This document shows, piece by piece, positions 18,112-26,603 of a stretch of DNA of 64,000 bases. The translations under genes and the position numbers were made by a program. The DNA lies in assembly GCA_031409275.1 (NCBI GenBank), contig JANNXA010000049.1, positions 64,001-128,000 of the forward strand, given 5' to 3'. The notes beneath the pieces were generated by a model that had not been told where the DNA came from, made no database searches, and was given only the letters and a program-made list of their open reading frames with translations. Source of the stretch: Planctomycetota bacterium. GTDB lineage: Bacteria; Planctomycetota; B15-G4; SIAN01. Within the stretch, counting starts at the first letter, position 1. Each line of letters begins with the position of its first letter.

Positions 18112-19107
18112 TCACGGTGCCCCGACCACGAGTTTGCCGCTCACGATCGCCGCCGCCGCGGTCTCCATCGCGGCGCGCGCTGCAGCGGGGACGCGATCGG
18201 CGAGCGCGGGATTGAAGGCGATGCGCACGTCCCCTTCGGCCAGTCCGAAGCTGCGTGCCCCGCCGTGGAACCGGCCGGCGCGCGCTTCGGTCGCCAACTC
18301 GATCATCAGCTTGGGGATCTCGGCGACCGCGCTGGCCACGACCACATCGGGCGCCTTCGCGGTCTGGTCGCGGTTGCAGCCGAACGCGAGCGCGCCCTTG
18401 GTCCGGCACGCCTCGAAGATGCCGGCGCCGGCGGCATCGGCGTTCTGGAAGAAGACGTCGGCGCCCGCTGCCGCATGCGCCAGCGCCTTCTCCTTGGCCA
18501 GCACCGCGTCTTCCCAGCTGCCGAGGTACTCCTCGAGGATGCGCACGTCCGCGCGCACCGAACGCGCGCCGCTCGCGAACGCCGCTGCGACGCGCTTCAC
18601 CGGTTCGAACGCTTCGCCGTGCAGCGAGCTCAGCACGCCGCTGCGCGTGAGGTGACCCGCGAGGACGCCGAGCTGGTAGGAGGCCTCCTCGTTGCGCAGG
18701 ACGAGCGTGGCGAGGTTCGCGGCCGTCGCGGTGCCGCCGGTCGTCGCGAAGCTCACTTCGGGGAACGCGGCAGCCGCCTTGGCGGCCGGGGCGTTGAACT
18801 CGAAGCCGTGGCCGAAGACCAGCGTGAAGCCATTCTTCGCCGCGGCGGCCAGCGCCTGGTCGATCTCGGTGGCGTTGGTGGCGGTGACCTTGCGCACCGT
18901 GGCGCCGAGTTCGCGCTCGATCCGCTGCAGCCCCTCGAACGCCGACTGGTTCCACCCTTCGTCGTTCTCGGGGCCGGCCAGCAACAGCGCGACGCGAAAC
19001 GCCGCAGGTTCCGTTCTCAAGTCGCGATCGCCGCAGCTGACGAGCATCACCATCGGCAGCAGGCCACGGGCGACGCGGGCGATGCGGGCGAGCGAGGAGA
19101 GGTTCAT
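18112..19107 (-). CDS. BMP-family ABC substrate-binding lipoprotein
   Basis: Lipobox MLVSC; DEGWNQSAFEGL, LVFGHGFEF, YLGSWED, GADVFFQNA. Confidence 0.9.
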   Translation of the reverse strand: MNLSSLARIARVARGLLPMVMLVSCGDRDLRTEPAAFRVALLLAGPENDEGWNQSAFEGLQRIERELGATVRKVTATNATEIDQALAAAAKNGFTLVFGHGFEFNAPAAKAAAAFPEVSFATTGGTATAANLATLVLRNEEASYQLGVLAGHLTRSGVLSSLHGEAFEPVKRVAAAFASGARSVRADVRILEEYLGSWEDAVLAKEKALAHAAAGADVFFQNADAAGAGIFEACRTKGALAFGCNRDQTAKAPDVVVASAVAEIPKLMIELATEARAGRFHGGARSFGLAEGDVRIAFNPALADRVPAAARAAMETAAAAIVSGKLVVGAP

Positions 19108-19138
19108 GGCGCCAGCTTGCGGGCCGGCGCCGAAGCGA

Positions 19139-21199
19139 TCAAGGGCGGCCATCGGCCCCGACGAACGAGGGCACCTCGGCGACGACGCACAGCAATCCGC
19201 GATCGATCAAGCGGCACACGCGCTCGCGCGCATGCTCGAAGCGTCCGGAGAGCGCGCCGAGGATCGCGGCCGTCGTGCGCTGGCCATCGGCGAGGCTCAC
19301 GATCGCCGACTCCACCTCTTCGAGCGAGTAGCACAGGCCGGTCTTCTCGTTGTGGGCGACGTGCGCCGGCATCGCGAAGCCCGCCTCGTCGAGCGCGAAG
19401 GCGTTGAAGCGGAAGCGGCTCAGGCTGACGCCGTCGGTCAGCGCGAGGCGACGGCGGTCGATGTCGGCGACATCCTTGCTCATCGGCCCGGAACGGCCGG
19501 CCGAGGTGATCTGGTGCTGCAGGTCCTGGCGATGCGTCGCGTAGAGCAGGTAGCCGCCGTGATTCAGCAGCGGCAGGTCGCCGCGCGCGCGGAAGGCGAG
19601 GTCGAGTTCGCTGCGGTCGTAGTGCTGCGAGCCGTCCTTCATCTCGTAGTCGACCGAGCCGTCCTCGCGTTCGAGGATCTTGACGCCGAAGCGGTCGGGG
19701 TTGGTGAAGACGAGCGTGTCACGGCCGAGGAAGAAGGTGCCGGTGTAGACCGACATGCCGATGCGATCGGCGCGCTGCGTGACGAAGTCGTAGGTGTGGA
19801 CGTCATCGTCCGGCGTCGCGGTCGGGAAGCCGATGAACCACGACAGCCCCGCCTTGATGCCGTTGCGCTTCATCAGCTCGAGGATGACGTCGACGCGCTC
19901 GAGGTCGTTGCCCTTGTCGATCAGGTCGAGCACGCGCTGCTTGGCCGATTCGAAGCCGAATTGCAGGAAGCGGCAGCCGCCCTTGGCGAGTGTCTCCATC
20001 AGCTGCGGATTGGCGTAGGGCTTCTCGAACTTGGTCTCGGCGAACCAGTAGATCGGGTCGCCGTTCGCGGCGATCTGCTGGGCGACGTGTTTCAGCGTCT
20101 TCGGCGGCGCCAGCGAATCCCAGAACAGGAAGTGGTCGACGCCGCAATCGACGTGGATCTGCTTGATGTCGGCGTAGACGCGGTCGGGGGCGCGCATCCG
20201 GAAGTTGCGCCGGAAGCCGTCGCCGCAGAAGGTGCACTTGCCGTAGTAGCAGCCGCGCGAGGTCTGCAGGTTGGCGACCTTCGCCGGCGTCAGGTAGAGG
20301 TCGAAGGCGATGCCGCTGAAGTCAGGGGACGGAAACTCGTTCAGGTCGGGGACGTCGGGAGGCAGCGTCGAACGCTTCACTTCGCCGCCTTCGAACCACC
20401 AGAGGTTGGGCACCTGCTCGAAGCCGCTGCCCTGTTCCAGCGCCGCCGCCAGCGCCACGATCGCCCGCTCGCCTTCGCCCGCCACGCCGAAGTCGATGTA
20501 GGGCGCGAGGTCGGCGCTCGCGAACAGGCGGTAGGCGTAGTCGTTCACCGTCGGCCCGCCGATCACGATCTTGATGTGCGGCGCGCGCTGCTTGATCGCC
20601 TTGGCGAGTTTCAGCATCTCGAAGAACTGGAAGTTGAACGGCAGCGTGAAGCCGATCAGCTGCGGCTGCTCGGCCAGCAGCGAATCGACGATGCCGTTGG
20701 CGTAGGCGTCCGAGATCGGATCGCCGGACGGTTGCGCCAGCGCGTTCAGCGTCTGCTGCAGGAAGAAGCGGTTCTCGGGGTCGAAGATCGGGTTGGCGGC
20801 CGATGCCAGCCGGATCATCGTCTGCAGCGAATCGAAGGCGCGGTTGAACTGCTTGGGGTCATAGAAGCGGGCCGGGTCGCGCATGATGCGCGCCGCCTCG
20901 GGTGCGAAGAGGAACGATTCGCGCGGCGCCGCCATCAGCGGGGCGAGGAAGCGGTAGATGCCGCGCTCATTGGCGTCGAGCACCGGCTTCTGTTCCAACG
21001 CCGCGAGCTGGCCGCGCGCGTAGTCGTGGTAGCCCTGCAGCCGCTCGCGCTGGTTCAGCCACGCGAAGGTCTCGGCGTTGACGTCGCGGACCGAAACCGT
21101 GTGACCGGCGTGCTTGAGCACCGCCGCGAGTTGCGCGAGGCTCGAGTACGGGATCATCGGCGGCGTGCGGTCGGGCGGATAGGCGAGCAGAACCTTCAT
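19139..21199 (-). CDS. Cobalamin-binding radical SAM enzyme (class B methyltransferase-like) with a C-terminal wHTH/RRE-like domain
   Basis: B12-domain motifs (HIKIVIGGP, GEGE, VPNL), TSRGCYYGKCTFC (CxxxCxxC), FGFESA, FIGFP; C-terminal 'TGLCYSLEEVESAIVSLADGQRTTAAIL...RLIDRGLL'. Confidence 0.9.
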   Translation of the reverse strand: MKVLLAYPPDRTPPMIPYSSLAQLAAVLKHAGHTVSVRDVNAETFAWLNQRERLQGYHDYARGQLAALEQKPVLDANERGIYRFLAPLMAAPRESFLFAPEAARIMRDPARFYDPKQFNRAFDSLQTMIRLASAANPIFDPENRFFLQQTLNALAQPSGDPISDAYANGIVDSLLAEQPQLIGFTLPFNFQFFEMLKLAKAIKQRAPHIKIVIGGPTVNDYAYRLFASADLAPYIDFGVAGEGERAIVALAAALEQGSGFEQVPNLWWFEGGEVKRSTLPPDVPDLNEFPSPDFSGIAFDLYLTPAKVANLQTSRGCYYGKCTFCGDGFRRNFRMRAPDRVYADIKQIHVDCGVDHFLFWDSLAPPKTLKHVAQQIAANGDPIYWFAETKFEKPYANPQLMETLAKGGCRFLQFGFESAKQRVLDLIDKGNDLERVDVILELMKRNGIKAGLSWFIGFPTATPDDDVHTYDFVTQRADRIGMSVYTGTFFLGRDTLVFTNPDRFGVKILEREDGSVDYEMKDGSQHYDRSELDLAFRARGDLPLLNHGGYLLYATHRQDLQHQITSAGRSGPMSKDVADIDRRRLALTDGVSLSRFRFNAFALDEAGFAMPAHVAHNEKTGLCYSLEEVESAIVSLADGQRTTAAILGALSGRFEHARERVCRLIDRGLLCVVAEVPSFVGADGRP

Positions 21200-21257
21200 G
21201 GGGGTCGATCACCGGAAGTGGGGGTCTGCGGCCGCGAGTCCCAACAGCGCGCGGGAA

Positions 21258-23228
21258 CTATAGCCCTCCGTTCCCGGCTGGGGCGGCGGGCGTTGCGGCC
21301 GCTTTTTCCCGGCCCGCTTCGATATCGGCCCGCAGCTGCTCGAACTTCTGGCGGTCCGCATGCCCCTCGGGGAGCTCCACGAGGAACCGCGCGCACGCCT
21401 TGGCCGCTTCGTCATAGAGCGCGAGCCGTTGCAGGCGCGCGGCGACCGGGAGCGAATCGGCTTCGATCCGGGCCAGCGAGGCCAGATTGGCCATCGCTTC
21501 CGGCGAGTTCGAGTCGCCTTCGAGGGCGCAGCGGAAGCTCTCGAGCGCGCGCAGTCGGAGGACCCGCGCCTGCTCCGGGTCGCGCATGGCGCCCATCCGC
21601 CGCATCAGCAGCAGGCCGAGGTTGTAGTGCGCCTTGCTGCGTTGGAAGTCGAGTTCGATCGCCGTGCGCAGGTGCTTCTCCGCTTCGTCCCAGTCGGCGG
21701 GTTTGCGGCCGGCGATGAGCACGGCGCCGAGCATCTCGTGGGCGAACATCGACTTCGGCATCTGCTCGCACACGACGCGCAGCGGCTTCGCGGCGCGCTC
21801 CATGTCGCCTTCGGCGAACGCGGTGATGACCGTTTCGAGCATGAAGACGATCTCGGGATGGTCCTCGGGATCCTCGAGCGCGGCGAAGTCCGGCCGCGTG
21901 CCGAAATCGCGGACGGAGGCGTTGACGTAGCCAAGCGCCATCAACTCCGCGCGGCGAGCATCGTCGAGCGTCACGCCGTGGGCGTCGAGCGGCTGCGCCG
22001 GTTCGGCGGCCTGCCGGTCGAGCCGCGCCGCGAGGCCGCGCGCGCGTGCATCCTCGGCCGTGAAGAGGTTGGTCTGCTCGCCGCCGCCGCCGGGGCGTCG
22101 GTCGTAGAGCCGTTCGCGCCGCGAGCGGACGTACTTGAAGCCGTCCTGCACGCACGCCTCCATCGGCGCGAAGCCGAAGCTCGACCACCCGTACCACGAC
22201 TCCATCGACACCGCGCGGCCGGAGATCTCCTCGGCGCCGTCGCGCACCAAGGGCGCGAGGCTCTCGCCGTCGAAGCGCAAGTCGGGGCGCGCGATGCCGA
22301 GCAGGTCGAGCAGCGTCGGCATCACGTCGATCAGCGAGACCGAAGTGTCGATGTGGCGTGGCTTCCCGCCAGGAAAACGGATCAGCAGCGGGATGCGCAT
22401 GGTGACGTCGTAGACGAACCAGCCGTGAGTCGGCTCGATGCCGTCGAGCAGGCTTTCGCCGTGGTCAGCGGCGACGACGACGATCGTCTCGTCCCAACCG
22501 GGGAGCAAGCGCAGGGCGTCGAGGAAGCGCCCGATCTGGCGGTCAAGCCAGGCGATCTGCTCGTAGTAGAGGCGGCGCCGATCGACCTGCGCCTCCGCTT
22601 CGGTGGTGGCCGGCCGCGGCTGGCTGCCCGGAGCGTCGTACGGGTAGTGCGCGTCGAACAAGTGCAGCCAATAGAAGTACGGCGAGCGGGTGGGCAGGTC
22701 GCGCAGCGCTTGATCGACCATGGCGTCGCCACGCATCTCGCCGATGAAGACGCGCTGGCGGGCCGGGTCGCGCGGCGGATCGCGATAGACCTCGAAACCC
22801 TGGGCGAGGCCATAGCTCGCGTCGAGGACGATCGCTGCGACTCCGGCCGCGGTGCGATAGCCCGCCTCTTTCAGGACCTCGGCGAGAGTCGCGGCCGCCG
22901 CGGGCAACGCCGCCACCGAGTTGTCCCGCAGGTGGTGGCTCGCGGGGTGGAGCCCCGTGAGGAGGGAGGCGTGCGCGGGCAGCGTCAGCGGTGTCACTGT
23001 GTAAGCGTCGGTGAAGACGGCACTCTCCGCCGCGAGCGCATCGAGGTTCGGGGTGATCGAGGGGCTGCGCCCGAGGAATCCTATGGCATCGCGCCGCGTC
23101 GTATCGAGCGTGATGATCACCACGTTCCTGGACGGGGCGGCGGAAGATGGGGCCGCGGTGGCGGGATTTTGCGGCGGAGCAGGCGTCGACGGTGCGCACG
23201 CGCTGGCGAGCAGCGCCGTCGTGATCAT
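21258..23228 (-). CDS. Sulfatase-like hydrolase lipoprotein with C-terminal TPRs
   Basis: Lipobox LLASAC; TLDTTRRD, TPLTLPAHASLLTG, WLHLFDAHYPY, AADHGE, DVMPT; TPR tail. Alternative start at 23252. Confidence 0.88.
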   Translation of the reverse strand: MITTALLASACAPSTPAPPQNPATAAPSSAAPSRNVVIITLDTTRRDAIGFLGRSPSITPNLDALAAESAVFTDAYTVTPLTLPAHASLLTGLHPASHHLRDNSVAALPAAAATLAEVLKEAGYRTAAGVAAIVLDASYGLAQGFEVYRDPPRDPARQRVFIGEMRGDAMVDQALRDLPTRSPYFYWLHLFDAHYPYDAPGSQPRPATTEAEAQVDRRRLYYEQIAWLDRQIGRFLDALRLLPGWDETIVVVAADHGESLLDGIEPTHGWFVYDVTMRIPLLIRFPGGKPRHIDTSVSLIDVMPTLLDLLGIARPDLRFDGESLAPLVRDGAEEISGRAVSMESWYGWSSFGFAPMEACVQDGFKYVRSRRERLYDRRPGGGGEQTNLFTAEDARARGLAARLDRQAAEPAQPLDAHGVTLDDARRAELMALGYVNASVRDFGTRPDFAALEDPEDHPEIVFMLETVITAFAEGDMERAAKPLRVVCEQMPKSMFAHEMLGAVLIAGRKPADWDEAEKHLRTAIELDFQRSKAHYNLGLLLMRRMGAMRDPEQARVLRLRALESFRCALEGDSNSPEAMANLASLARIEADSLPVAARLQRLALYDEAAKACARFLVELPEGHADRQKFEQLRADIEAGREKAAATPAAPAGNGGL

Positions 23229-23250
23229 GATCGAAGCGGAGGGTCGACGC

Positions 23251-23982
23251 ATGAATGGGCTTCGCACCTGGCTTGCGGGGAGAGGAATCGTTGGCGCGGC
23301 GCTCTTTGCCGCGACGGCGTCTTCACAGGAGTCCGGGTCGCCGGAGGAACCGGAAGATAGCCCGATCCGCCTTGCGGTGGCGCAGCCACGCGTCGCGCTC
23401 GCGGCGGCCGCCGTGCCCGCCTGCGACCTCGGCGGCGAACTAGGCGAGCTCTGGCAGGGCACGCCCGTCGAGGTGCTCGAGGATGGCGCGCGCAGCGACG
23501 GACTGGTGCACGTGCGGATCGAGGGCTGGCTGCCGCGCGCGACGCTGTCCGATTCGTTGCCGGTGCGACCGGTCGGACGCGAGCGCCACGGCGAGTCGCG
23601 CGGTGCGCCGGTGGCCAACCTGGCGCGAGCGCACCATGTGGCGGTGCGGCCCGAGCTGATCGTGATGGAGCGGCGGCGCGTGGTGCGGCTCGAGGTCGAA
23701 CTCGAGACGTTCGACGGAAGGCCCATCGTCGTCAGCGGCAGTCGGCTGCCGGGTCGGCTCGGGATCTCGCCGCAGCGCAAGATCGCCGGCGGCCACGCGC
23801 GCGGTGCCGAGCTGGTCGCGCGCGAGTTCGAATTCGTCGACGGGCGCGCGACGATCGAGCTGCCGCTCGCCGAACTCGGCGATCCCGCGCCGGCGCTCGC
23901 GATCTTCTCGGTGCGAGCGGAGCTCGGGGCCGGCGTCGAGCTGGTGGGGGCCGCCGCCGCGGTGGCGTTGCCGGCGCGCTAG
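23251..23982 (+). CDS. Exported hypothetical protein (possible SH3-like segment)
   Basis: Signal-like N-terminus; 'LGELWQGTPVEVLE...VHVRIEGWLP' resembles bacterial SH3b domains. Confidence 0.55.
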   Translation: MNGLRTWLAGRGIVGAALFAATASSQESGSPEEPEDSPIRLAVAQPRVALAAAAVPACDLGGELGELWQGTPVEVLEDGARSDGLVHVRIEGWLPRATLSDSLPVRPVGRERHGESRGAPVANLARAHHVAVRPELIVMERRRVVRLEVELETFDGRPIVVSGSRLPGRLGISPQRKIAGGHARGAELVAREFEFVDGRATIELPLAELGDPAPALAIFSVRAELGAGVELVGAAAAVALPAR

Positions 23983-24177
23983 CGCGACCTGAGAGCCTTG
24001 CGGCGGGAAACCGCGCGATGGGAAGAGGATTCCTGCTCCGAATCGGATGCATCGGGTAGCCGCCGCCGCCATGCGGAGTACATTCCGCTGCCTTCGACTT
24101 CAGTCCCACTGCGCTCCCGTCGCGGTTCTGCCCCCCGCTCCTGTCCGCGCAACCCCACCCCCCTTCGGAGATCGTGC

Positions 24178-24354
24178 GTGAAGCCCTACCTCGAGACTGG
24201 CCGGCCCCTCGACGCAGTGCGCAACGTCACGGTGCTCTTCTGCGGACGCTGCGAGCGCGAGTTCCTCGCCAAGCTCAAGGAAGGGCAGGACAACCCGACC
24301 TACGAATGCCCCAAGTGCAAGAGCGCCAATCGCTTCCAGATCATCTGGCGCTGA
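24178..24354 (+). CDS. Small zinc-ribbon protein (58 aa)
   Basis: GTG at 24178 with upstream GGAG; CGRC...CPKC; strongly GC3-biased codons. Confidence 0.75.
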   Translation: MKPYLETGRPLDAVRNVTVLFCGRCEREFLAKLKEGQDNPTYECPKCKSANRFQIIWR

Positions 24355-24408
24355 CCGACCCGACCTCCGACCGACCTCCGACCGACCGACCTGACTCCGA
24401 CCGACCTG
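24355..24408. repeat. Low-complexity CCGA/CCGACCT tandem repeat
   Basis: ccgacccgacctccgaccgacctccgaccgaccgacctgactccgaccgacct directly after the stop codon, between convergent genes. Confidence 0.8.
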
Positions 24409-24538
24409 TTCCGTCCGGTCCTCCCCGCAACGCCGCAGGCCCGATCCGAGCTGGCAAATGCCGCTTGGGTCGGGCCTGCGCGTTGGAGCTGGACCTCGGA
24501 TCGCGGCGTCGTTTCGCCGGCGACCGATCGGTGCCAGG

Positions 24539-24736
24539 TCAGTGGTTGTGGTGGTGCGCCTTCGCCTGGCGCGCGTCGTACCAGAGCACGTAGCCGACGA
24601 ACGCGAACATCGGAACCAGGCAGCACAAGGTGAGCGCCCAGAAGCCGTAGTCCTGAACGAAGCCCTCGAGGAAGGCGATGTTCTTGTTCGAGTCCAGCAA
24701 GAGCAGAGTCGACTGCAGCATTCGAGGCTCCTTCAT
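24539..24736 (-). CDS. Small membrane protein with a His-rich C-terminus
   Basis: GGAGAGG RBS upstream; one TM (FWALTLCCLVPMFAFVGYVLWY); ends AHHHNH. Alternative start at 24721. Confidence 0.65.
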   Translation of the reverse strand: MKEPRMLQSTLLLLDSNKNIAFLEGFVQDYGFWALTLCCLVPMFAFVGYVLWYDARQAKAHHHNH

Positions 24737-24837
24737 GCGCCTCTCCGCGGCGCGAGGGAAACCTTGTAGCGGCTCGCTCCGAACCGCTCAAGCGCTCCAC
24801 CGTGGGTCGCGATCGCGGTGCGCTCTCAGACGAGTCG

Positions 24838-26544
24838 TCAGTCGATCCACACGCGAGCCGCCGCCGACACTCCTTGGATGTGGGCGAGGTCGTTGGGATC
24901 GAACGTCACGAAGCCGAAGTCGAGCGCGCTGCCTTCGAACGCGTGGGGCGGCAGGTCGACCGACGCGGTGGCGAAGCCGGCGCCGTCGAGCGTGCCCTGG
25001 AACCCCAGGAAGAAGGGGTTGCTCGGCGCGATCAGCACGTAGTCGAACAGCCAATCCTCGTTGAGAGGAAACACGCGCACGTCGAGCGGGTCGTAGTCGG
25101 CGAGCGCGAATCCCGGCGTCCGCCCGCTGAAGCTCGGGAAGAGGAAATAGAGGTCGTTGGCATCCGCCGAAGAGTCGAGCGCCAGCGTGAAGGTGCCGCC
25201 GTCCTGCACGCGCGGCACCGAAGCGAGCAGCGAGACGGAAAGATCGAGCGCGTGGTCGCCGTGCAGGCGGCCCCAGCCGAACTCTTCGTCGAAGCCGGCC
25301 GTCCCGAAGTCTTCGGCGCTGTAGCAGAGCGTGAGTTCGACGCCCTCGCGATCGAGGTTCGGGTTCAGCTTGCGCATCAACGCCGCGACGCCGGCGACGT
25401 GCGGCGCGGCGAAGGAGGTGCCGGTGACCGTGGTCGTGCCGCCCCCGTTGCGCAGGGTGAGGACGCTGACGCCCGGCGCCGCGAGGTCGCACCAGGTTCC
25501 GAACGTCGAGCCGCTCCAACGAGCGTCGCTGCTGTCGGTGGCGATGGCCGCCAGCACCCCGACGTACGCGGCCGGGTACTGGCGCGTGCGATCGCCCTGA
25601 TTGCCTGCCGCAGCGACTTGCACGACGTCGGCCGCGCGCGCGTAGTCGACGGCGGCTCGCAAGGTGGCGTCATCGGTCGGCGTCTCGAAGCTCATGTTGG
25701 CGACGCGCGCGCCCTCGTCGACCGCGTAGATGATCCCTTCGGCGATCTGGTCGAACGTGCCGAAGCCGGTGGCGTCGAGCACCTTGCAGGTCATCACTTC
25801 GGCCTTCCAGCAGACGCCGCACGTTCCGATCGCGTTGTCGCCGACGGCCGCGAGCACGCCGGCCACTTCGGTGCCGTGGCCAAAATCGTCCGCGGGGTCG
25901 CCATCGTCGTTGACGAAGTCGTTGCCGAAGCGGTCGTCGACGTAGCCATTGCCGTCGTCGTCGATGCCGTTGCCAGCGATCTCGCCGAAGTTGATCCAGC
26001 GATTGCTGCGGAAGTCGGAGTGGCCCAGGTCGGCGCCGCTGTCGAGCACCGCCAGGGTCACTCCGCTGGCGTCCGTGACACGGTTCCATGCCTTCTGCAT
26101 GTCGAGCTTGGCCGATTGCAGCGGCCACTGGCTGTTCCAGAGCGGGTCGTTGGGCGTCTTCGCGGCCTGCGCGCCGCCGGCGAGATCGACGCGCTCGACT
26201 TCGGGACAGCGGGCGAGCTCGGCACGGATGCGCTCGCGATCGGTCGGCGGGACTTCGAGGCGGACGATGCGATCGAGGCCGAGGGCTGCGAACGCGTCAG
26301 CCTGGAGGCGCGGGGTCTTGCGAGCGGGCACCAGCGGTCGCAACGTCTCGACGCCGAGCGCAAGGCAGGCGCGATCGAAGGAGGCGAGCGCCGTGGCGCC
26401 GAGCTCTGCCCGGGCCGGCGGAGCGCGCAGCCGCACCACCAGTCGCCCGTCGGTGGCTCCGTCTGCCGCGACCGCCGGGCCCGCCATCGCGCACCAGGAA
26501 ACGGCAAGGAGGAGCAGCAGCGCGAGATGGCGGTGTCGCGACAT
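24838..26544 (-). CDS. Secreted S8 subtilisin-like serine peptidase
   Basis: Signal peptide; catalytic triad AVLDSG, HGTEVAG, GTSFAAPHVAG; oxyanion AAAGN; C-terminal extension. Confidence 0.95.
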   Translation of the reverse strand: MSRHRHLALLLLLAVSWCAMAGPAVAADGATDGRLVVRLRAPPARAELGATALASFDRACLALGVETLRPLVPARKTPRLQADAFAALGLDRIVRLEVPPTDRERIRAELARCPEVERVDLAGGAQAAKTPNDPLWNSQWPLQSAKLDMQKAWNRVTDASGVTLAVLDSGADLGHSDFRSNRWINFGEIAGNGIDDDGNGYVDDRFGNDFVNDDGDPADDFGHGTEVAGVLAAVGDNAIGTCGVCWKAEVMTCKVLDATGFGTFDQIAEGIIYAVDEGARVANMSFETPTDDATLRAAVDYARAADVVQVAAAGNQGDRTRQYPAAYVGVLAAIATDSSDARWSGSTFGTWCDLAAPGVSVLTLRNGGGTTTVTGTSFAAPHVAGVAALMRKLNPNLDREGVELTLCYSAEDFGTAGFDEEFGWGRLHGDHALDLSVSLLASVPRVQDGGTFTLALDSSADANDLYFLFPSFSGRTPGFALADYDPLDVRVFPLNEDWLFDYVLIAPSNPFFLGFQGTLDGAGFATASVDLPPHAFEGSALDFGFVTFDPNDLAHIQGVSAAARVWID

Positions 26545-26603
26545 CGGAGAAACTCCGGAACCCGAGGTGAAGCAAAAGGTTTAGCACGCTTTATCGTCCG
26601 CGC

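Noticed and set aside
18692..21718. 1008-aa plus-strand ORF and similar long ORFs (13397-15850, 44003-46642, 10570-12894, 54291-56477)
   Set aside because: They lie opposite well-supported genes and give Arg/Ala-rich, motif-free translations.
23983..24177. Possible riboswitch or ncRNA in the 195-bp intergenic region
   Set aside because: No recognisable aptamer or tRNA consensus; an Rfam scan would be needed.
24178..24736. Small ORFs as the RiPP precursor for the radical SAM enzyme
   Set aside because: One is a Zn ribbon and the other a TM peptide; neither has a leader/core layout or double-glycine motif, and they are about 3 kb away.
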